Source: Candidatus Methylomirabilota bacterium (GTDB lineage: Bacteria > Methylomirabilota > Methylomirabilia > Rokubacteriales > CSP1-6). Taken from it: a DNA stretch of 64,000 nucleotides. The position numbers and the translations under genes were made by a program. The stretch covers positions 23,487 to 87,486 of the forward strand of contig JBKOUQ010000147.1 in assembly GCA_046723475.1 (NCBI GenBank). The letters are read 5' to 3'. Under the pieces are notes generated by a model. The model worked only from the letters and a program-made list of their open reading frames with translations. It ran no database searches and had not been told where the DNA came from. Positions 9,027 through 18,137 of the stretch are shown piece by piece. The first letter of the stretch is position 1. The number at the start of each line of letters is the position of its first letter.

Positions 9027-9959
9027 ATGCGCTTCGGACTTTTCACGGGAATGGGAAACACGACGTGGCAGGCGGTGCTCGAGCTGTGGCGGCATGGGGC
9101 CGCCGGTGGCTGGGACGCCGCGTGCGTGACCGACCACTTCATGCCGAACACGCCGGACCGTGTCGGCGACACGATGGAATGCTGGACGACACTCGCCGCG
9201 CTCGCGGCGCTCGTGCCGAAGATGCGGGTCGGCACCATCGTCTCCGGCAACACGTATCGTCACCCGGCGGTGCTCGCGAAAATGGCGGCGCAGGTCGACA
9301 TCATCGCGGGCGGCCGTCTCATTTGCGGCATCGGCGCGGCGTGGCAGCAGAACGAGCACGAGGCGTACGGCATTCCGTTCTACACCGTGGCGGAGCGCCT
9401 CGCGCGGCTGGACGAGGCGTGTCAGGTGCTGAAGGCCCTCTGGACGCAGGAGCGCTCGACGTTCAAGGGGCGGTACTACCAGCTGTCGGACGCGCCGCTC
9501 GCGCCCAAGCCCGTGCAGCGTCCGCATCCGGAGCTCATGATCGGCGGCGGCGGCGAGAAGGTGACGCTGAAGCTCGCCGCGCGTCACGCCGACCACTGGA
9601 ACGTCTGGGGCGGCCCCGAGACCCTCGCGCGCAAAGGCGCCATCCTCGACGAGCACTGTCGCGCCGCCGGGCGCGATCCGCGGCGTATCGTACGGTCGGC
9701 GAACATGGCGCTGGCCATCACCGAAGACCGCGCCGAGATCGATCGGCTGCGCACCGGGCTGAGCCGACGGTTCGGCATGCCCGAGGCGCTTGCCAACGAC
9801 ACCGCGCTCGTCGGCTCCGCGTCGGAGATTCGCGACAAGCTCGGCCGGCTCGCGGATGCCGGGGTCGGCATGGTGTGGATCCCAACGATGTTCTTGCCGA
9901 AGGACCCGCGCCCGCTGCTCGACCGCTTCATGCAGGAGGTCGCGCCGCAGCTGCGGTGA
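9027..9959 (+). CDS. Luciferase-like monooxygenase (LLM) family, F420-dependent oxidoreductase type
   Basis: MRFGLFTGMG...VTDHF...GTIVSGNTYRHPAVLAKMAAQVD...GIGAAWQQNEHEAYG matches the LLM TIM-barrel signature. Confidence 0.85.
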   Translation: MRFGLFTGMGNTTWQAVLELWRHGAAGGWDAACVTDHFMPNTPDRVGDTMECWTTLAALAALVPKMRVGTIVSGNTYRHPAVLAKMAAQVDIIAGGRLICGIGAAWQQNEHEAYGIPFYTVAERLARLDEACQVLKALWTQERSTFKGRYYQLSDAPLAPKPVQRPHPELMIGGGGEKVTLKLAARHADHWNVWGGPETLARKGAILDEHCRAAGRDPRRIVRSANMALAITEDRAEIDRLRTGLSRRFGMPEALANDTALVGSASEIRDKLGRLADAGVGMVWIPTMFLPKDPRPLLDRFMQEVAPQLR

Positions 9960-9979
9960 GCGGCCGTCGGCGCCCTCCT

Positions 9980-10975
9980 TCACGGCCTGCCGTCGAGCGC
10001 GCGCCGCAGCTGATCGAGGTGGTTGTCGTCGTGCCACGCCATCAGCGTGAGGAACGCGTCGACGCTCACCTTGCCGCGTGTGGCGTGCGTGCCGGCGCGC
10101 TCCCACTCCGGCGGCCCGAGCGTTCTCAGGAATGCGAGCGTCTCCTCGCGACGCTTTCGGAACGCGCGCACGGCCTCGGCCGCGTCGTTGCGAACGTATT
10201 GCCGCTCGTCGGCCCACCGATCGGGATCGGGCGGGGCGAGCGGCGGGTTGTCGATCGCGATGATCGTCGCGAATCGGAGCATGAAAAATTCCTCGGTGTC
10301 GCGCAGATGGCAGATCACTTCCTTCGCGGCCCAGCTCTTCGCATCGGGCCGCCTGGCCAGCGCGGCATCGCTCTGACCGCCGATCGCCGCCACGAGCTCG
10401 TCGGCGGTCCGCTCCAGGCGCTTCAGACGCTGCTCGCGTGGCTGCTTGGCGTATTCCTCCATCGTCGGCATCCCGGTCCTCCTCAGATCCGTGACGAGCT
10501 GATGGAACAAGCTCGACTCGCGCTTGTAGAACCCTTCGGTATGGTACGAATCGTCCAGGCCCAGCACCGTGTAGTCCAGGTGGTGGCCGACCTCGTGTAG
10601 CAGGGTGCGCAGGTACGTACGGAACGCGACCACGCGCTTCTGCTTCGCGGTCCGCATCCAGAGCTGGATCTTCGGGCGCTTCCCACGCTCGGCCGTGTAC
10701 AGGCCGTGCAGCTCACCCCAGCGCGCGTGCGGGCGCGCCGCCAGCACCTCGACGCGGACCGGCGGCGCGCCGAGGACCTCCATCAGGCCCCGGATGATCC
10801 GATCGCTCGCCGCCTGCGTGGCGGCGCGATCGTCGGCGAGCAGCGCGGACTCGAGCGCGTCGATCGCGGCGGCGAAGCGCGCCGCCTCGGGAAGACGCAG
10901 TTCCGTCATGGCATCGCTGCGCCGATAGACCGCCTGCTGGGCGCGCGACAGCCGCGCGTAATACGAGAAGGGCAT
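9980..10975 (-). CDS. Fusion protein: N-terminal HExxH Zn-metallopeptidase-like domain plus C-terminal DinB_2 (DinB/YfiT-like) domain
   Basis: Real start is MPFSYY at aa 148 of the track ORF (ATG 10975). Upstream track residues are Arg-rich antisense of the crotonase gene. Motif LLHEVGHHLDY is followed by a DinB_2-like four-helix-bundle signature ending ...MAWHDDNHLDQL. Confidence 0.7.
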   Translation of the reverse strand: MPFSYYARLSRAQQAVYRRSDAMTELRLPEAARFAAAIDALESALLADDRAATQAASDRIIRGLMEVLGAPPVRVEVLAARPHARWGELHGLYTAERGKRPKIQLWMRTAKQKRVVAFRTYLRTLLHEVGHHLDYTVLGLDDSYHTEGFYKRESSLFHQLVTDLRRTGMPTMEEYAKQPREQRLKRLERTADELVAAIGGQSDAALARRPDAKSWAAKEVICHLRDTEEFFMLRFATIIAIDNPPLAPPDPDRWADERQYVRNDAAEAVRAFRKRREETLAFLRTLGPPEWERAGTHATRGKVSVDAFLTLMAWHDDNHLDQLRRALDGRP

Positions 10976-10986
10976 CGAGCTGAATC

Positions 10987-11775
10987 TTACTTGCCGGTCC
11001 AGCGGGGCGCGCGCTTCTCCAAAAACGCCTTGGCGCCCTCGACGCGATCCTCCGTGGTCCGCAGCAGCGTCGAGAGATCGCCCTCCAGGCGCAGCCCGTC
11101 CGCCAGCGACAGCTCGAGCCCCTTCACGACCGCTTCCTTTGCGTAGCGCAGCGCCACCGGCGCCTTCGCGGCCATCGTGCGCGCGAGCTCGGTCGCGGCC
11201 TTGAGCGCCTCGCCGGTCGGGACGACGCGCTCGACGAGCCCGATGCGCAACGCCTCGTCCGCGGGGATGCGCGCGCCCGTGAGGATCATCTCCAACGCCT
11301 TGCCGCGGCCTACCAGGCGTGGCAGGCGCTGCGTGCCCCCGCCGCCGGGAATGATCGCGAGATCGATCTCGGTGAGACCGAGCTGGGCGCCGGCGGCCGC
11401 GACGCGGATGTCGCACGCGAGGGCCAGCTCGAGCCCGCCGCCGAACGCAAAGCCATTGATGGCGGCGATGATCGGCTGCCAGCAGCGGTCCATCGCCTGG
11501 CGGAAGTCGACGCGGCGCCGCTGCTCGCGGAACTGAACCGGCACGAGCGGAGCCACGAACTCCCGGATGTCCGCCCCCGCCGAGAACGCGCGCTCGCCGG
11601 CCCCGGTCACGACGACGGCCTTGACGTCGTCGTCGGTGGCCAGGCCTTCGAAGCAGCGCGTGAGCTCGCGCCGCATGGCGTCGTTCATCGCGTTGTGCAC
11701 GTCGGGGCGGCGCATCGTGATCGTCGCGACGGCGTGGTCGACGTCGTACCGGATGGCTTCGTAGGGTGCGCTCAC
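10987..11775 (-). CDS. Enoyl-CoA hydratase/isomerase (crotonase family)
   Basis: VTGAGERAFSAGADI...AAINGFAFGGGLELALACD is the crotonase oxyanion-hole signature. Confidence 0.9.
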   Translation of the reverse strand: MSAPYEAIRYDVDHAVATITMRRPDVHNAMNDAMRRELTRCFEGLATDDDVKAVVVTGAGERAFSAGADIREFVAPLVPVQFREQRRRVDFRQAMDRCWQPIIAAINGFAFGGGLELALACDIRVAAAGAQLGLTEIDLAIIPGGGGTQRLPRLVGRGKALEMILTGARIPADEALRIGLVERVVPTGEALKAATELARTMAAKAPVALRYAKEAVVKGLELSLADGLRLEGDLSTLLRTTEDRVEGAKAFLEKRAPRWTGK

Positions 11776-11799
11776 ACGCGGCTCCTGTCCGTCAAGTCG

Positions 11800-12948
11800 T
11801 CAGCGGATGATCTTGCGCGCCCGCAGATCGGCGCGCGCCTGCTCGTCGTAGCCGGCCGCGCGCAGCACGTCGTCCGTGTGCTGGCCGAGCGTCGGCGAGG
11901 CGCCGACGTCGCGCGTGGGCGTCGCGGAAAACAACAACGACGAGCCGGGCAACGTGAGACGGCCGACGTCGGGGTGATCGTACTCCCGCGCGAGGCCGTG
12001 ATGTCGCGTGAGGGGATGGCGGCGAAAGTCGTCGATCGAGTGCACGGGACCGGCGGGAATGTCCGCCTGTCGCAGCACCTCGAGCCACGCATCGCGCGGC
12101 CGCGAGCGGAAGCGCGCCTCGAGGATCGGCAGCAACACCTCGCGGTTGTCGAGCCGCAGCATCCAGGACGCGAAGCGCGGATCGTGCGCGAGGTCGTCCA
12201 GGCCGAGCGCCTGGCAGAGCTTGACCCAGAACGATTGGTTGCCGCACGCGAGGAAGAGCCATTCGCCGTCGCCCGCTTGATAGAGCCGGTACGTCGGATT
12301 GTCGCGAAACACGGATTGCTTGCCAGGGTAATCGACGAAGTTGCCCGCCTGGAGCGCGGTCACCGCGTGGAGCAACGACGTCTCGACCTTCTGCCCGACG
12401 CCGGTGCGCTCGCGCACGAACAGCGCCGCCAGCACCGCTTGCGCGGTGAGGGCGGCCGCGTAGTAATCGACGAGCGCGACGCGGATATACTGCGGCGGGC
12501 CGCCGAAGCCCTGCAGCGCCATGAGCCCTGCGAGCCCCTGCAGCAGCGGATCGAATCCGGGACGATCCGCGTACGGACCGGTCGAGCCGAAGGCGGTCGT
12601 CGAGCAGTAGATCAGCCGCGGATTCAGCGCACGGAGCGCCGCGTCGCCGACGCCGAGCCGATCGGCGACACCGGGGCGCATGTTCTCCATCACCACGTCG
12701 GCGGAGTGTGCGAGACGCTCGACGACCCCGCGTCCCTCGGCATTCTTCAGATTGAGCGCGATCGACCGCTTGCCGCGGTTCCACGCGAAGAAGCCGGGCA
12801 GCTCGCGGAACGAGTCGCCTTCGAGCGACTCGACCTTCACGACGTCGGCGCCGAGGTCGGCCAGCATGGTCGCCGCGTACGAGCCCGCAATGTAGCTCGT
12901 GAGATCGATGACGCGCACGCCATCCAGCGGCGGCCGGGCATCGGCCAT
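11800..12948 (-). CDS. CoA-transferase family III (CaiB/BaiF-like)
   Basis: LDGVRVIDLTSYIAGSYAATMLADLGADVVKVE and GFDPLLQGLAGLM are family-III hallmarks. The overlapping 673-aa track ORF is an Arg-rich artefact. Confidence 0.9.
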   Translation of the reverse strand: MADARPPLDGVRVIDLTSYIAGSYAATMLADLGADVVKVESLEGDSFRELPGFFAWNRGKRSIALNLKNAEGRGVVERLAHSADVVMENMRPGVADRLGVGDAALRALNPRLIYCSTTAFGSTGPYADRPGFDPLLQGLAGLMALQGFGGPPQYIRVALVDYYAAALTAQAVLAALFVRERTGVGQKVETSLLHAVTALQAGNFVDYPGKQSVFRDNPTYRLYQAGDGEWLFLACGNQSFWVKLCQALGLDDLAHDPRFASWMLRLDNREVLLPILEARFRSRPRDAWLEVLRQADIPAGPVHSIDDFRRHPLTRHHGLAREYDHPDVGRLTLPGSSLLFSATPTRDVGASPTLGQHTDDVLRAAGYDEQARADLRARKIIR

Positions 12949-12954
12949 CGGCGC

Positions 12955-14058
12955 TCAGCGCGCCACGCGGCGCACGATCAGCTCGCGGTGGTACTCGGCG
13001 TCGCCGTACAGCGGCTCCAGCGCCTTGGCGCGCTTGAAGTACAGATGCAGGTCGTACTCCCACGTGAAGCCGATGCCGCCGTGCACCTGGATGGCCTCGC
13101 CGCACACCTTGCGCGACGCCTCGTTGATGTACGACTTGGCCACAGACGCGGCCAGCGCGGCGTCCTCGGCGCCGCTGTCGAGCGCCCACGCGGCGTAGTA
13201 CGTCGCCGAGTGCGAGTTCTCGACCTCGAGCAGCATCTCGGCGCACTTGTGGCGGATGGCCTGAAACGAGCCGATCGGCTGGCCGAACTGCTCGCGCACC
13301 TTCGCATAGTGCACCGCCATGTCGAGGCAGCGCCGCGCGGCGCCGAGCATCTCCGCGGCAGCGCCGACGGCGCCGCGCAGGAGCAGGAACGTCAGCGCTT
13401 CGGCCGGCAGCCGCGCCTCGGCGGCGACCGTCGCTTCCGCGAGGGTGATCTGGGCAAGCCTCATACCGGGATCCATGCCGGTGAGCGGCACGATCGACAC
13501 ACCCGGCGCGGACGTTTCGACCACGTACACCGCGAGCGTCCCGCCGGTGCGCGCCGGGACGAGGACGACGTCGGCGACGTGACCCCACGGGACGAACTGC
13601 TTGACGCCGGTCAGCGCGACCTTGCCGCCGCGCTCCTCGGCGCGCGTCTCGACCGCTTCGGGGCGGAAATCGAGCGCGCGCTCCATCAACGCGACCGTCG
13701 CCCTCGCGCGACCGCCCGCGATGGCGGCGAGCCACCGACTCTTCTGCGCCGGGCCTGCGAAGCGGTCGATCGCCATGGCGGCGAGCACGGTCGGCAGATA
13801 CGGCGACGGGCACGCGGCGCGACCGAGCTCTTCTTGCAGAATCGCCGTCTCGACGAGACCGAGCGCGCTGCCTCCGACGTCCTCCGGCAGGGCCAGGCCG
13901 AGCCAGCCGAGCTGCGCGATCTCCTTCCAGAGTGCCTCGCTCTCACCACGCGGATCGTCCCAGAGCGTGCGCACGTGGGCCGGCTTGCTGTGCTCGTCGA
14001 GAAATGCGCGAGCCGAATTGCGAAGCAGCTGCTGATCGGGACTGAACGAAAAGTCCAC
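12955..14058 (-). CDS. Acyl-CoA dehydrogenase
   Basis: ACAD fold with C-terminal ...QVHGGIGFTWEYDLHLYFKRA. Confidence 0.9.
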   Translation of the reverse strand: MDFSFSPDQQLLRNSARAFLDEHSKPAHVRTLWDDPRGESEALWKEIAQLGWLGLALPEDVGGSALGLVETAILQEELGRAACPSPYLPTVLAAMAIDRFAGPAQKSRWLAAIAGGRARATVALMERALDFRPEAVETRAEERGGKVALTGVKQFVPWGHVADVVLVPARTGGTLAVYVVETSAPGVSIVPLTGMDPGMRLAQITLAEATVAAEARLPAEALTFLLLRGAVGAAAEMLGAARRCLDMAVHYAKVREQFGQPIGSFQAIRHKCAEMLLEVENSHSATYYAAWALDSGAEDAALAASVAKSYINEASRKVCGEAIQVHGGIGFTWEYDLHLYFKRAKALEPLYGDAEYHRELIVRRVAR

Positions 14059-14067
14059 GCTCGCCTC

Positions 14068-15282
14068 CTACGCCTTCGACACGCGGTCGGCGCGGATCTC
14101 TTTGGGCAGCCCGAGCACGCGCTCACCGATGACGTTCTTCTGAATCTCGGAGGAGCCCGAGTAGATCGTCCCCGCGCGTGCCCACAGGAACGCGTACGCC
14201 CAGCTCGAGCGCACGCCCGACGACGAGTCGACGTCGAGCGTCGTCTCCTCGAGGCCGCCGTCGATGATCTGTCCGTAGGGTCCGAGGATCTCGAGCGCGA
14301 GCTCGTAGTAGCGCTTCTCGAACTCGCTGTACGACAGCTTCGTGATCGACGACGCCGCGCCCGGAGAGTCGCCTTTCTGCAGCGCCGACAGCACGCGGAG
14401 CGCCGCGTAGCGCTGGACTTCCATCTCCGCGTAGACGCGGCCGAGCTTGCTGCGCACGACGGGATCCTCGAGCAGCGGCTTGCCGCCGCGCGAGAGCATC
14501 ATCGCTGCCTCGACGAGCCGTTCGAAGGCCGACGCGTAGCGGGTGACGCGCGCCATCGAATTGCCCCCCCGCTCGAAACCCAGCGTGGTCTGCGCGATCT
14601 CCCAGCCCTGTCCGAGCCGGCCGATGAGGTCGCGCCGCTCGGCGCGCGCGTTGGTCATGAAGACCTCGTTGAACTCCGAGCTGCCGGTGATCTGCTTCAG
14701 CGGCCGCACCTCGACACCGGGCTGGCGCATGTTGAACAGAAGGCACGAGATGCCCTTGTGCTTGGGCACGCTCGGATCCGTGCGCGCCAGCAGGATGCCG
14801 AAGTCCGCGATGTGGCCGCCGCTCGTCCAAATCTTCTGGCCGTTGACGACGAAGTGATCGCCCTTGTCCTCGGCCCGTGTGCGCAGGCTCGCCAGGTCGG
14901 ACCCGGAGTTGGGCTCCGAGTAGAGCTGGCACCACATCTCCTCGGCCGTGAGGATCTTCCGGAGATACCGCTCTTTCTGCTCTGGTGTGCCGTGCACGAT
15001 GATCGTCGGCCCGATGAAGCCGACGCCGAGGCCGTTGATCGGCGCGGGCGCGTTGGCGCGCGCCATCTCGTCCGCGACGATCGCCTGCTGCATCGGCGTC
15101 GCGCCGCGGCCGCCGTACTCTTTGGGCCAGCCCAGGCCCACGTAGCCGGCCTCGTACATCGTGCGATGCCACGCGCGTCGCTGCTCGAGGGTCGTCAGCT
15201 CGGTGCGCGGCGTGTTCGCGGCGAACCACGCGCGCGTTTGATCACGAAACGCGCGATCGTCGGGCGAGAGTGTCAGATCCAT
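14068..15282 (-). CDS. Acyl-CoA dehydrogenase
   Basis: CQLYSEPNSGSDLASLRTRAE, GQKIWTSGG and ...YSGSSEIQKNVIGERVLGLP match ACAD N-, middle and C-terminal signatures. Confidence 0.9.
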   Translation of the reverse strand: MDLTLSPDDRAFRDQTRAWFAANTPRTELTTLEQRRAWHRTMYEAGYVGLGWPKEYGGRGATPMQQAIVADEMARANAPAPINGLGVGFIGPTIIVHGTPEQKERYLRKILTAEEMWCQLYSEPNSGSDLASLRTRAEDKGDHFVVNGQKIWTSGGHIADFGILLARTDPSVPKHKGISCLLFNMRQPGVEVRPLKQITGSSEFNEVFMTNARAERRDLIGRLGQGWEIAQTTLGFERGGNSMARVTRYASAFERLVEAAMMLSRGGKPLLEDPVVRSKLGRVYAEMEVQRYAALRVLSALQKGDSPGAASSITKLSYSEFEKRYYELALEILGPYGQIIDGGLEETTLDVDSSSGVRSSWAYAFLWARAGTIYSGSSEIQKNVIGERVLGLPKEIRADRVSKA

Positions 15283-15354
15283 CGCAGGCCTCCAGGCGAA
15301 TGGACGTTTCTAGCACGCACGATGCGGCGAGGCAAACCGGCGGCGACGTATCGA

Positions 15355-16173
15355 TCAGGCGGGCGGCGGCAGCCTATAGATCGCGGTGTGCAGGACGTGC
15401 GCGACGGGGCGCGGCGCGTCGCCGGCCACGATGATGAGATCGAGCTCGACGAACTCGCGGCCCTTTTTCTCGAACAGCGAGCGCACGCGGCCGCGCGTGG
15501 CGAGGCGCTCACCCACGCGCGCGCCGCCGAGGTGACGGACGGCGCTGCCGACGTGGATCCACGGGCCCATCTTCACGTTACGGTCGACGGCGCGATTGCC
15601 CTGCTCGAGCAGGAACCCGGGATGCACCCACCCGTCGCGTCCGCGGTAGAGCGACAGCGGCTCGCTGACCTTGGCCACATACGCCTCGGCCGCGGCGTCA
15701 TCGTAGTGGGCGCGAGGCGTCCCCACGGTCGTGATGGATGCCCAGTGCTCGCGCGTGGCGTCGGGGCGCGGCTCGGGCAGTGGCGCCTCGCCGTACGTCG
15801 CGACGTTCACGGGCGTGGGGCTCCCGGCAGGAATCGTCGCGGTCAGCGTCGCGCACTCCGGCGTCGTGGCCGTGCCCGCGGTCACGCTCACGTTGATGGT
15901 CTTGGCATCACGCGCCACGACCGTGCCGCGCACGGTCACCTCTTCCCCCGCGAGCACCGGCTTCACGAACCGCACGCTCGCCGTGCCGCGCGCCAACCAG
16001 GCGGCGCCGAACGCCGCGGCGAGCGGCTCCGTCATGTAGGCATAGATCGTCACGCCGGGTACGAGGGCGCCGGGGAACCCGTAACGCCGCGCGGTCTCGT
16101 CGTCGTGGATCTTGTTCTCACGGGTGGAAGTGTTCTTCGCGATCACGCGATATAGAGGAAGGGTTTCGGGCAC
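15355..16173 (-). CDS. MaoC-like (R)-specific enoyl-CoA hydratase / hotdog-fold dehydratase
   Basis: KIHDDETARRYGFPGALVPGVTIYAYM is the MaoC N-terminal motif, followed by a second hotdog repeat. Start set to GTG 16173 by aa counting. The 500-aa track ORF N-terminus is an artefact. Confidence 0.8.
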   Translation of the reverse strand: MPETLPLYRVIAKNTSTRENKIHDDETARRYGFPGALVPGVTIYAYMTEPLAAAFGAAWLARGTASVRFVKPVLAGEEVTVRGTVVARDAKTINVSVTAGTATTPECATLTATIPAGSPTPVNVATYGEAPLPEPRPDATREHWASITTVGTPRAHYDDAAAEAYVAKVSEPLSLYRGRDGWVHPGFLLEQGNRAVDRNVKMGPWIHVGSAVRHLGGARVGERLATRGRVRSLFEKKGREFVELDLIIVAGDAPRPVAHVLHTAIYRLPPPA

Positions 16174-16197
16174 GGCGTTGAGTATAATCCCTGCGGC

Positions 16198-16791
16198 ATG
16201 CGCGGAGCGCTGATCGCCCTGGTCGTCGTCGCCATCGTCGTGGTCGGGTTCGTCATGTGGGCGGTGAGCATCCAGAACCAGCTCGTCCGCCTCGAGCAGG
16301 ACGTCAACGAGAAGTGGGCGCAGGTCCAGAACGTCTACCAGCGCCGCGCCGACCTGATTCCCAACCTCGTCGAGACCGTGAAGGGCTTCGCCGCGCAGGA
16401 ACGGACGGTCCTGACCGAAGTGACTCAGGCGCGCGCGAGCGCGACCAGCATCAGGCTCACGCCCGAGGCCTTGAACGATCCCCAGGCCATGGCCAAGTTC
16501 CAGGCGGCGCAGAACCAGCTGTCCGGCGCGCTGAGTCGGCTCCTCGTGACCGTCGAGCGATATCCGGAGCTGAAGTCGAACCAGAACTTTTTGACGCTGC
16601 AGAGCCAGCTCGAGGGCACGGAGAACCGGATCACCATCGAGCGTCAGCGTTACAACACCGCGGTGCGTGAGTACAACACCCGGCTGCGAATCTTTCCCGG
16701 AAGCCTCGTGGCCGGGATGATGGGCTTCAAGCCCAAGGCGTTCTTCGAGGCGGCGCCGGGCAGCGAGACGGCGCCCAAAGTGAAGTTCTAG
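16198..16791 (+). CDS. lemA: LemA family protein
   Basis: N-terminal TM helix followed by the conserved LemA core QLVRLEQDVNEKWAQVQNVYQRRADLIPNLVETVKG...RYN.A...YN. Confidence 0.9.
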   Translation: MRGALIALVVVAIVVVGFVMWAVSIQNQLVRLEQDVNEKWAQVQNVYQRRADLIPNLVETVKGFAAQERTVLTEVTQARASATSIRLTPEALNDPQAMAKFQAAQNQLSGALSRLLVTVERYPELKSNQNFLTLQSQLEGTENRITIERQRYNTAVREYNTRLRIFPGSLVAGMMGFKPKAFFEAAPGSETAPKVKF

Positions 16792-16870
16792 GCTGCTTCT
16801 CGGCGTCGCGCTCCTCCTCGCCCTCACCCTTCCGCCGCCGCCCACCGCGCGTGTCAACGATTACGCCGGC

Positions 16871-17539
16871 GTGCTGTCCGCGTCGGACCGAACACGCCTG
16901 GAGGACAAGCTCGCCGCGCGCGAGCGCACGACCGGCGCGCAGATGGTCATCGCGATCTTCCCCTCCCTCGAAGGCGAAAGCCTCGAAGACGTATCGATCC
17001 GGCTCGCCGAGCAGTGGAAAGTCGGCCACAAGGGCGTCGACAACGGCGTCATCCTCCTCGTGTTCCTCAAGGACCGGAAGCTGCGCATCGAGGTCGGCTA
17101 TGGTCTCGAGCCCGTCATCACCGATGCGGTGTCGGCGGGGATCATCCGCGACGTCATCGCGCCGCGCTTCCGGGAAGGCCGCTACGCCGCGGGACTCGAA
17201 GCCGCGGTGGACGAGATCTTCGCGCGCATCGGCGGCGGTCCGGCGCCCCCTCGTGCGCGGGGCCCGGCGATGCCGAAGCCCGTCGCCAACGCGACGCTGC
17301 TGCTCATGCTGCTGATCTTCGGCGTGTTCATTGTGGCGATCGGCAGCGCGATCCGCTCGTCGCTGCGTCGCGGTTACACGGTGGACCGCGGCGGCTGGCG
17401 CTCGCATCCGCCGATCTACTGGGGCGGTGGTCCCTGGATCGGCGGCGGCGGTGGGGGCGGCGGCGGGGGGGATAGTGGGGGCGGCTTCTCGGGTGGCGGC
17501 GGCAGCTTCGGCGGTGGTGGCGCAAGCGGGGACTGGTGA
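16871..17539 (+). CDS. TPM-domain protein (YgcG-like) with TM helix and Gly-rich C-terminus
   Basis: VNDYAGVLS...MVIAIFPSLEG...GVLLLVFLKDRKLRIEVGYGLE is a TPM domain, followed by a TM helix and a GGGGGGGGGG tail. The in-frame signal-peptide-like sequence extends upstream to ~16793 with no ATG/GTG/TTG (see findings). Confidence 0.8.
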   Translation: MLSASDRTRLEDKLAARERTTGAQMVIAIFPSLEGESLEDVSIRLAEQWKVGHKGVDNGVILLVFLKDRKLRIEVGYGLEPVITDAVSAGIIRDVIAPRFREGRYAAGLEAAVDEIFARIGGGPAPPRARGPAMPKPVANATLLLMLLIFGVFIVAIGSAIRSSLRRGYTVDRGGWRSHPPIYWGGGPWIGGGGGGGGGGDSGGGFSGGGGSFGGGGASGDW

Positions 17540-18015
17540 TGCTCGGACGGCATCCGCGGTGGGCAAAACGCGTGTTCACGGAGGCCGACCTCGAAGCGGT
17601 CACGGCGGCCGTGCGCGAGGCGGAGCACCGCACCGCGGCCGAGATCCGCGTGCACGTCGAGCGCCGTGTCGCGCACGGACTCCGCCGGCGGACCCACGAC
17701 CCCATGCAGCGCGCGCGAGAGGTCTTCGCCGCGCTCGAGATGCATCGGACGACGCACCGTGCAGGCGTGCTCGTGTACCTCGCGGTCGAGGACCGCAAGC
17801 TCGCGATCGTCGGCGACGACGGCATTCACGCGCGGGTGGGTGACGAGTACTGGACGGGCGTCCGCGATCGCATGATCGAGCGGCTTCGTACGGGGGCGGT
17901 GACCGGCGCGTTGGTGGGTGCTGTCGACGAGGTCGGCTCGACCTTGGCCCAGTATTTTCCGCGCCGCCCCGGTGATATCGACGAACTGTCGGACGACGTG
18001 AGCCTCGGCCGCTAG
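17536..18015 (+). CDS. TPM-domain protein (TLP18.3/Psb32-like phosphatase fold)
   Basis: FTEADLEAVTAAVREAEHRTAAEIRVHVERR...AGVLVYLAVEDRKLAIVGDDGIH is a second TPM domain. ATGA overlap with the preceding gene. Confidence 0.85.
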   Translation: MMLGRHPRWAKRVFTEADLEAVTAAVREAEHRTAAEIRVHVERRVAHGLRRRTHDPMQRAREVFAALEMHRTTHRAGVLVYLAVEDRKLAIVGDDGIHARVGDEYWTGVRDRMIERLRTGAVTGALVGAVDEVGSTLAQYFPRRPGDIDELSDDVSLGR

Positions 18016-18137
18016 GGAGCTGGCAGAAGATCGTGACGCTGACCGCGGAAGTCGCGCGTTCAGCGGCATATCGGCTGCAGGTAACAACGATGGGGCATCG
18101 CGCCGGAATGTAAGGGTTGCAGCCGGGGGAGTTGCGC

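Noticed and set aside
9980-11416. 478-aa track ORF as a single long protein
   Set aside because: The first 147 aa are Arg-rich and overlap the crotonase gene on the same strand in another frame. The internal ATG at 10975 follows the crotonase stop by 12 nt.
11792-13813. 673-aa Arg/Gly-rich ORF overlapping the CoA-transferase and ACAD genes. Similar giant ORFs at 11695..16155, 28623..31259, 35569..37518, 6710..8581, 42849..44558 (N-terminal part) and 32549..34426 (N-terminal part).
   Set aside because: They are antisense or off-frame read-through typical of 70% GC DNA: low-complexity R/G/A/P composition, no motifs, and each overlaps well-supported genes on the other strand or frame.
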